DNA of 64,000 nt. It comes from Pseudomonadota bacterium. GTDB taxonomy: Bacteria; UBA10199; 2-02-FULL-44-16; DYJF01. The number at the start of each line of letters is the position of its first letter. The stretch's first letter is position 1. The stretch is from NCBI GenBank assembly GCA_043823065.1, contig JBDRBB010000006.1, forward strand, positions 1 through 64,000, written 5' to 3'. Positions 57,447 to 64,000 of the stretch are shown in pieces. Under the pieces are notes generated by a model that was not told the origin of the DNA, searched no databases, and worked only from the letters and a program-made list of their open reading frames with translations. A program made the translations under genes and the position numbers.

Positions 57447-59872
57447 AATGGTTCAACATAAGTACTAACATCCAAGTTATGACCATTGGTTTTAACAGTG
57501 ATCATTCCTTCTAAATCAGTTCTATAAATCTTAATTCTCCTTTCCTGTAGGCGGTCTAAAACAACCTCATTTGGAAAACCATATTTATTGCCCTGACCCA
57601 CAGTAATAACTGCAATTTCCGGTGAAACTTTTTCTAAAAATTCAGAAGTAGTTGAAGTTTTACTACCATGATGACCAAGTTTTAAAACCTGACTTTTTAA
57701 ATTTACGCCTTTTTCTGTTAAAATTTGCTCTCCTGTTGCTTCTAGATCTCCGGTTAAAAGAATTTTTTGCTCACCAAATTTAAGCTGCGTAACTAAGGAG
57801 GTATCATTTAAATCCAAAGCGCTTAAATCTTTTGGACGCGGAGCATAAACCAAAATCTGGACCCCACCTTCATTTAGAATTAAGGCTGGCTGAAAGTCAG
57901 CATGGCCATCAAGCTGCTTAAGCTGCACCTGGCTTTGCAAGGCTTTAGTTAAAAAATCTGCCCACTGATCTTGTTCATCTTCTGGCGCAGCCAAACCATT
58001 ATAATATAAAACTGGTGCTCCTAATTTTTGGGCTACTGCTCCTAAGCCTCCATAATGATCATGGTGCGGATGGGTGAGTAAAATATAATCAAGATGGCGC
58101 ACCCCTAAATTTAATAGAACCGGCACAACCACTTTTTCACCAATATCAAATTCACTGCCTTTAATACCTCCGCCATCAATTAACATCTTCTTTTGATTGG
58201 GAAATTGCACTAACATACAATCGCCTTGTCCCACATCAATAAAATTTATTTTTAATTTGTTTTGAAAATAGGGCAAAATATACCAGAAACTAAAATCTAG
58301 AATTATCAAAAAACCAATTACACTTAGAATTATTTTTTTATAGGGCAGATATCGAAACATTAAAACAGCGGAAATAACGGTCAAAGCCAAAACAACTTCC
58401 CATTTGTTTGGCGCCCAGGAAATTACCAAAAAATCCAACTTAGCATCTAGCAATTGCAAAAAATCAAGCAAAGCAGCGCAAACGCTTCCAGCTAATTTAA
58501 AACCAAAAGCTCCTATTGGTTCGTAAATAAGCGTAAATACTGCACCAAACATGGCTATGGGTAAAATTATTACTCCAACTAAAGGTACAGCCACTATATT
58601 TGCAATTATCCCTATGCCTGTTATTTGTTGAAAATAATAACCGCTTAATGGTGCGGTAACTAAAGTGGCGGTTACGGTTACTATTAATAGTTGCGTTATT
58701 CTTTTAATAATATTTTTCCACCACGAACTTGCTTCAGAAAAATATTTTTCAAAATTCTGCCAGATTAAAGGAAAGAAGATTATTAAACCAAACACCGCCA
58801 GCACAGAAAATTGAAAAGAAAGTGAAAATATAGCAGCAGGTGAAACCAGGATAATTACAAAAATTGCAGCTGCCAGGGCAGTAAGTAAATCATACTTATA
58901 GCGCAATGAAACAAAAGCTAAAATAAAAACAGTGAGCATAATTGCAGCTCTTACCGCTGAAACCGGATAGCCAGCTAAAGCAACATACAGCCAGATTGCT
59001 GGCAAACTAAATAGACTGGCTAGATATGGCAAAGGAAGCCAGTTTAACAAACGCGGCCACCAACCCAAAGTGATTCTGGTTAGCCAAAAAACCAATAGCG
59101 CAATAAAACCAACATGCAATCCAGAAATAGCCAATAAATGGGCAACGCCAGTGCGCGAAAAAAGTTGGCGCATTTTAGGACCTAAATATTGTTTTTGCCC
59201 AATAGCAAGCGCGCTTAAAATTCCAGATGCAGATTCTGAAGTATTTTTCAAAATAGTTTTTTCAATCTTAGCACGCGCATTTTTTAGACTTGGAAGATAA
59301 AATAGGCTTGATGAATTTTGCAATTTCACTATCCACTGCGCCTTGGTAGGGGTAGCCAAGCCCTGAATACCCTGACTTTGAAGATAGAGGGGATAATTAA
59401 ATGATCCTGGATTTTTATATTGGCGAGGATTTTTCAGACGACCTTGAAACTTAATAACATCTCCAGCTCTATAGTTTTCCAAAAGCTCCCAGGAATAAAA
59501 TCTGACTTTGGCTGGCACTGGTTCAAAACTAGATTTAGGATTTTTTTGACATTGAATAAGTCTTAAATCCATTTGCCAAATTTTATTTTTAAAATCTGGA
59601 TCAGTTAAAACCTTGGCCTGGCAAATAACTGGCGCTTGTTTGGAAGCAGCAATATATTCAGCAAGAGCAGGCGGCTGACGCATGGAAACTTTGCCCAACA
59701 AATAGCCGCAGATAAGGAAGGCGAGTAAAAGAAATATGAAGTTTCTTTTTTTGTCATTCCCGCGAAAGCGGGAATCTAATGTGCTAAGAACAAAAACTAA
59801 AATGATAAAAAAAAGGAAAAGAATAAATTGGGAACTAACAAGCCCGAGCAGCAGGCAAACAGAAATTAGCAT
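57443..59872 (-). CDS. comEC: Competence DNA uptake protein ComEC/Rec2 (start codon uncertain)
   Basis: HLLAISGLH, DVGQGD, THPHHDH and HHGS motifs. Confidence 0.95.
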   Translation of the reverse strand: MLISVCLLLGLVSSQFILFLFFIILVFVLSTLDSRFRGNDKKRNFIFLLLAFLICGYLLGKVSMRQPPALAEYIAASKQAPVICQAKVLTDPDFKNKIWQMDLRLIQCQKNPKSSFEPVPAKVRFYSWELLENYRAGDVIKFQGRLKNPRQYKNPGSFNYPLYLQSQGIQGLATPTKAQWIVKLQNSSSLFYLPSLKNARAKIEKTILKNTSESASGILSALAIGQKQYLGPKMRQLFSRTGVAHLLAISGLHVGFIALLVFWLTRITLGWWPRLLNWLPLPYLASLFSLPAIWLYVALAGYPVSAVRAAIMLTVFILAFVSLRYKYDLLTALAAAIFVIILVSPAAIFSLSFQFSVLAVFGLIIFFPLIWQNFEKYFSEASSWWKNIIKRITQLLIVTVTATLVTAPLSGYYFQQITGIGIIANIVAVPLVGVIILPIAMFGAVFTLIYEPIGAFGFKLAGSVCAALLDFLQLLDAKLDFLVISWAPNKWEVVLALTVISAVLMFRYLPYKKIILSVIGFLIILDFSFWYILPYFQNKLKINFIDVGQGDCMLVQFPNQKKMLIDGGGIKGSEFDIGEKVVVPVLLNLGVRHLDYILLTHPHHDHYGGLGAVAQKLGAPVLYYNGLAAPEDEQDQWADFLTKALQSQVQLKQLDGHADFQPALILNEGGVQILVYAPRPKDLSALDLNDTSLVTQLKFGEQKILLTGDLEATGEQILTEKGVNLKSQVLKLGHHGSKTSTTSEFLEKVSPEIAVITVGQGNKYGFPNEVVLDRLQERRIKIYRTDLEGMITVKTNGHNLDVSTYVEPF
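59753..59778 (+). repeat. Family-3 REP-like palindrome inside comEC
   Basis: GTCATTCCCGCGAAAGCGGGAATC, encoding LDSRFRGND on the minus strand. Confidence 0.9.
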
Positions 59873-60473
59873 CAGTGGTCGGTATTTTATCGAGCGCACA
59901 AGAGATTTCATGGAAAAGCTGCTGGGCGACTTCATGGACACCATGATAACGATGGTTACCGTTTTGGCTGGCGAGAATCAAGCCTAGTTTATTGCGCAAA
60001 CCAACTAAGTAACATCTGGCTTTATTGGTAGGTCGTACCCGATATAAATTTAAGACTGTGCGCACATTCACATTATTCAACCAAAAATCACCATTGGAAA
60101 ATTCAAAACTAACTCCGCCTACCAAGCCATCATAAATATTTCCTAATCTACCTAAAACTTTTCCTAAAAGCGCATCAATGGTGCTATTGTATTTGGCATT
60201 TCCCCTTCCAAAATTTTCCCAAACATATTGACGATATTCGTCCAAACTCAGCGATATCCCATTTAAACAACCAATATCATTGGCATATTCATTAATAAGG
60301 TCATTTATGTCTTGGCCATTATAATAGACATGATCATCTTCAAAGTTCCATTGCTGATCTGGACTGGGGTTAAAAGTTAGGCGATGATCTAAGGGGAGAT
60401 CAGATACGCTTTGAGAATGCTTGTCTGAACCAAGCCTGATCTTTTCACGTAACCTGTTGATATTAATGCCCAT
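59835..60473 (-). CDS. Hypothetical protein
   Basis: 212-aa ORF with weak internal duplication (VYYNGQDI / FWLNNVNV). Confidence 0.7.
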   Translation of the reverse strand: MGININRLREKIRLGSDKHSQSVSDLPLDHRLTFNPSPDQQWNFEDDHVYYNGQDINDLINEYANDIGCLNGISLSLDEYRQYVWENFGRGNAKYNSTIDALLGKVLGRLGNIYDGLVGGVSFEFSNGDFWLNNVNVRTVLNLYRVRPTNKARCYLVGLRNKLGLILASQNGNHRYHGVHEVAQQLFHEISCALDKIPTTDANFCLPAARAC

Positions 60474-60488
60474 TTTAACCCTTAAATT

Positions 60489-60911
60489 TTAAATAGACGA
60501 CAATGAAACAGAGCTCTCCCCTTCTTTATTATTATCGGCTAAACACTTAGCCAATGTTGCGTCATAATCGGAAAAAAATGGCTTTCCCTTTTCTTCCTTG
60601 GCTAATATCTGCTTCAGATCTTTAAGGGCCTGAATCTGAGCTGGGGTCAGTTTTAGATTATTGATATTGTGACCTTTATAGAAAATTTCGCCCCGCAGAC
60701 GATCAAAATGAATCGAGGCAACTTCATCATTCATAATAAAAGTATAAGTAAACCGATTTTGATATGCTGCCAGCATGCTATCTGTAGCTACTTTGCCTTT
60801 TTCCGTAACCTTTTGGGCTTTGGCCATACCCACATGCTTCCAAAGTTCAAATGCGCTCTTTGGTTTTGGCATATCTGACGTATTTTCCATTCTCTGTTTG
60901 GCTTCTTTCAT
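60489..60911 (-). CDS. Hypothetical protein
   Basis: GGAGGG RBS before ATG 60911; IFYKGHNI resembles the neighbour's motif. Confidence 0.7.
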   Translation of the reverse strand: MKEAKQRMENTSDMPKPKSAFELWKHVGMAKAQKVTEKGKVATDSMLAAYQNRFTYTFIMNDEVASIHFDRLRGEIFYKGHNINNLKLTPAQIQALKDLKQILAKEEKGKPFFSDYDATLAKCLADNNKEGESSVSLSSI

Positions 60912-61110
60912 ATTTTCTTCCCTCCCAGAGGTTTCACTAATTGGAATATGCACATCTCATACCAATTTTGAATAAAATTATTGACTTGTAATATATTGAT
61001 TTCATTAAATTTTATTAATTCAGGCTTTTTGGTAAGCTCTCAATCTGGGAAAACTTAGATAATCATAACAAGAAATTGACGCCAGGGGTAAAATCATCTA
61101 AGTTAAAAAC

Positions 61111-61635
61111 ATGAAAAAAGGTCTAGCCAGTTTGGTGTTTTTCATATTGTTGTTAGTCTCAAATATTGGTTTGGCTTGTCCAATTCTCATTCCAGGAAAG
61201 ACCTTAGATAACATAGAACTTGGAAAAAACTTAGAGCAACTAAAAGCTCAAGCACACCAGATTCAAAAAACTGATCAAGGCACAATTATTGATGGAAAAT
61301 ATGAGATCATTACCTGCCAAGGCAAAGTCATTGCCATCACTATGTTAAATCCCTTGGCTAAACCAGGCTGTATTATAGTAAATAATCAAAAAATAGATCT
61401 TAATGATTCCTTTTCTCATGCCCAAAACCAACTTGGCTTAAAAAACTGTCAAAAATATCCCCTAAAAACTGGCGATAATTTCTATTATTGTCAGCAAGGC
61501 GGGTTATTGGTGGGCACTACTGTTAAACGCATTGAAACCGGTTTTGAAGAAGTAGCTATAACCAAGATCGGCGTTATTAAACCTGGCCATCGAATTAATA
61601 CCCTACATCTTACCTGCCCAAACAGGCTAGAATAA
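61111..61635 (+). CDS. Hypothetical secreted Cys-rich protein
   Basis: MKK signal peptide; six Cys. Confidence 0.7.
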   Translation: MKKGLASLVFFILLLVSNIGLACPILIPGKTLDNIELGKNLEQLKAQAHQIQKTDQGTIIDGKYEIITCQGKVIAITMLNPLAKPGCIIVNNQKIDLNDSFSHAQNQLGLKNCQKYPLKTGDNFYYCQQGGLLVGTTVKRIETGFEEVAITKIGVIKPGHRINTLHLTCPNRLE

Positions 61636-61717
61636 GGGCCTAAAAATAACAATTAAGTTGTGCCTGTTTTGAATTAAGTGTATAACCCATTCATTAACTT
61701 TTATAAGGAGGCAAGAT

Positions 61718-61975
61718 ATGCCAACCAAGAAGAATTCAGCTTTTATGAAGCCGGTAACACCAGATGCAGCATTAGCCACAGTTGTAGGCGATAAACCAAT
61801 GCCGCGCACAGAAGTAGTAAAAAAACTTTGGGTCTATATTAAAAAACACGACCTTCAAGATGCAAAAAACAAGCGTAATATTAATGCTGATGAGAATTTA
61901 AAAAAGGTCTTTGACGGCAAAAAAACGGTTAATATGTTTGAAATGACCAAGTTGGTCTCCAAGCATTTGAGATAA
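61718..61975 (+). CDS. Stand-alone SWIB/MDM2 domain protein
   Basis: PRTEVVKKLWVYIKKHDLQD, INAD and MFEMTK; GGAGG RBS. Confidence 0.95.
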   Translation: MPTKKNSAFMKPVTPDAALATVVGDKPMPRTEVVKKLWVYIKKHDLQDAKNKRNINADENLKKVFDGKKTVNMFEMTKLVSKHLR

Positions 61976-62144
61976 ATAGAATAATTAGCCAAGCTATAAT
62001 GCCTGTAACATAGGCTTTTTAGCCGGTTTTTTTTACTTGCTATTTTATTGAAAATACACTAATATATAAAAGATTTAAATGATCGACTGAAGGATTGTAA
62101 GAACAACGTAAATAGTTATGTTCAAACGCAAGTCGAAAATGGCT

Positions 62145-62177
62145 TGCGTTTTTTTGTTCTAATATCCAAGTTTAGAT
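62145..62177 (+). terminator. Terminator-like hairpin in the cspA leader (approximate coordinates)
   Basis: AAACGCAAGTC-gaaaat-GGCTTGCGTTT followed by a T tract, just upstream of the csp RBS. Confidence 0.5.
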
Positions 62178-62197
62178 CAAAGAAAGGTAGGAAGAGT

Positions 62198-62401
62198 ATG
62201 GCAAAAGGTACAGTAAAGTGGTTTAGTGATTCTAAGGGCTATGGTTTTATTGCTCCTGAAAACGGCGGAGATGATATTTTCGTCCATTTTCAAGCAATTC
62301 AATCTGAAGGTTTCAAAAGCCTAAAAGAAGGTCAAGTCGTGGAATTCGAGGTCACTGAAGGACCAAAGGGCAAACAAGCTGCTAACGTTAAATGCTCCTA
62401 A
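62198..62401 (+). CDS. cspA: Cold-shock protein
   Basis: GTVKWF, KGYGFI and DIFVH motifs. Confidence 0.97.
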   Translation: MAKGTVKWFSDSKGYGFIAPENGGDDIFVHFQAIQSEGFKSLKEGQVVEFEVTEGPKGKQAANVKCS

Positions 62402-62420
62402 CTTGTAACCAAAAAAAACA

Positions 62421-62457
62421 AAAAAGGTTAAGTCTAGAAATAGACTTAACCTTTTTT
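62421..62457 (+). terminator. Intrinsic terminator (bidirectional)
   Basis: AAAAAAGGTTAAGTCTA-gaaa-TAGACTTAACCTTTTTT. Confidence 0.85.
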
Positions 62458-62512
62458 ATTGTTAAAGTGCTTAATCTATCTTAGAAATATTATTAGTAAT
62501 AATAAAATCTTT

Positions 62513-62980
62513 ATGAATGCTAAAAAGATTTGTCATCTACTGGAAACAATGCGCTGGTTGGGCGTGGGCTTAGGTTTTGGCTTGGCCTTGGCTTGGGGAA
62601 AAGATCCACAGCATCAACTACACATTCTCATGCCCTGGCTGGTCATTTCTTTGGCAGGGCTAACTGGAATTGAATCTGTTTTTTTTAGCCAAGCTGCTGC
62701 CCAGATTACTGGATATACTCCCAGCGCTTATCAGCGCCAATCTGGGATTAACAATGTAGCAGTAGCCCTTACTGCTGTGTTGGTATTAATTTTAAACTGG
62801 GGAGTTTTTGCCGAAGCAACTGTTCTTAGCGCTTTATTAATCTTTTTATTTTTCTCTGCCTGTAATCACGGCTGGTCAGCCTGGAAAGAAGGGAACCGCA
62901 ATCTTAGAAATATCCTTAGACCAATAATGACCATTATCTTAATTGCCGCCAGCGTGCCGTTTATAATAAGAGCAATCTAG
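62513..62980 (+). CDS. Hypothetical membrane protein
   Basis: About five TM helices; AAAQITGY..S.YQ motif. Confidence 0.7.
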   Translation: MNAKKICHLLETMRWLGVGLGFGLALAWGKDPQHQLHILMPWLVISLAGLTGIESVFFSQAAAQITGYTPSAYQRQSGINNVAVALTAVLVLILNWGVFAEATVLSALLIFLFFSACNHGWSAWKEGNRNLRNILRPIMTIILIAASVPFIIRAI

Positions 62981-62989
62981 GTTATCATA

Positions 62990-63113
62990 TATCTTGAGCT
63001 AAATGCTTTCGGCCAGGTCTTCTCACCTCCCTCAGACTTTTTCGAAACTATTAGTAGCTTGGGAGTTGTCGGTCCGGATTCGAAGACCTGCCCTACGCCT
63101 TTAGCTCAAGATA
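62990..63113 (+). repeat. ~120-bp structured dispersed element, copy C
   Basis: 14-bp terminal IR TATCTTGAGCTAAA; same core with a compensatory inner stem. Confidence 0.9.
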
Positions 63114-63159
63114 ACCTATTGTTGCCTAATATTAAGAAATCTAATAGGGTGCTATTATC

Positions 63160-63360
63160 ATGAATAATACAAATTCTTGGGACAAGGCTAAAAAATATGG
63201 CGTGGATACATCACTTTTGGAAGTAAATTTAAAAAAATCGCCCACCGAAAGAGTGATTACCCTGCAAAATGCCGTAGCTTTAGCCAACTCTTTGCAACAA
63301 GCAGGGTCAGCTTATTATGCAAAACTTCGAAAAACTCATAAAAAAACTTCTAGATCATAA
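63160..63360 (+). CDS. Small protein coupled to the nucleotidyltransferase (putative antitoxin)
   Basis: GVD.SLL..NL..SPTER motif; overlaps the downstream gene. Confidence 0.6.
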   Translation: MNNTNSWDKAKKYGVDTSLLEVNLKKSPTERVITLQNAVALANSLQQAGSAYYAKLRKTHKKTSRS

Positions 63361-63790
63361 GGTTGAATTTGTACTTATTGGTGGTTTTGCCGCTACTGTT
63401 CATGGAGTATCTCTTTTAACCCAAGATATTGATATTTGCATTCCATTCACCAAGGAAAACTTGGAAAAAATTATCTCAGCTCTCCAAGATAGCAATCCAA
63501 TTTATCGCGAAAACAAAATCCCTCTATCAAATTCAGCTGAGAAATTATCTAAATTGAAGAATTTATATTTAACTACTGATTTTGGATCTCTTGACCTTTT
63601 AGAACAAGTTGCTGGTCTTGGTCCATATCAAAACCTTTTACCTCAAATTATTGAAATTGAGCTTTTTGATCACAAATGCAAAGTGCTGAATATTGATGCC
63701 TTGATAAAAGCCAAACAACAAATGAATAGACCTAAGGACAAAGAAACTATTGTTCAATTAGAAGCTATTAAAGACAAGCTTACTTCATAG
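63317..63790 (+). CDS. Pol-beta superfamily nucleotidyltransferase
   Basis: LIGGFA..HG...TQDIDI and K....RPKD motifs. Confidence 0.85.
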   Translation: MQNFEKLIKKLLDHKVEFVLIGGFAATVHGVSLLTQDIDICIPFTKENLEKIISALQDSNPIYRENKIPLSNSAEKLSKLKNLYLTTDFGSLDLLEQVAGLGPYQNLLPQIIEIELFDHKCKVLNIDALIKAKQQMNRPKDKETIVQLEAIKDKLTS

Positions 63791-63799
63791 GAGCCTATT

Positions 63800-64000
63800 A
63801 TGATCGAAAAAGTAAACATCATTTATGAAGATAAAAGTTGCATTGCTTATGACTGTGACACATCTACCTTTATCCGTCTTAAGCAAGGTGGAACAGCATC
63901 AGATCACACCCATGTAGAATTTATACTTAATGACACTACTCGCGAAGTTAATGCACCAGCTAAAATAACGATACCACCTAAAGCATATCATAAATTTACC
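63800..64000 (+). CDS. Partial ORF, possibly cupin-like
   Basis: AGGAG RBS; MIEKVNII...DHTHVE...IPPKAYHKFT, open to the window end. Confidence 0.5.
   Translation, partial: MIEKVNIIYEDKSCIAYDCDTSTFIRLKQGGTASDHTHVEFILNDTTREVNAPAKITIPPKAYHKFT

Overview
Core-chromosome segment of an AT-rich (~39% GC by eye) Gram-negative bacterium. The gene content and protein similarity suggest a deltaproteobacteria-like or Bdellovibrionota-like lineage (inference). Housekeeping content: tuf with the Thr-Tyr-Gly-Thr tRNA cluster, rlmB, an EF-G paralogue, ispG-proS-pyrF, rnr-xerC-hslVU-argF-purA-mscS, gmk, der-yihY-TPR-BamB-like, rsfS, udg, a peptidoglycan remodelling and recycling cluster (nagZ, oppABC-type, dacB, mltD), comEC and cspA. 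Highlights: (1) a 59-aa histone-fold protein missed by the ORF track (15785-15964), in a window that also encodes a stand-alone SWIB protein and an H1-like Lys-rich tail; (2) three copies of a ~120-bp structured element whose stems covary, one sharing a perfect 21-bp direct repeat with the nagZ 3' end that brackets a Fic-HTH gene; (3) a tusA-dsrE-dsrE operon ending in a sensorless coiled-coil histidine kinase next to tRNA-Lys(UUU); (4) three families of REP/RPE-like palindromes, some inserted in frame in nagZ and comEC, with an inverted pair flanking a Panacea-MazF toxin-antitoxin islet; (5) five of six tRNA genes ending in N73-CA instead of CCA; (6) a 6-kb ORFan cluster with a shared N-terminal motif. 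No CRISPR array, rRNA or transposase was found.
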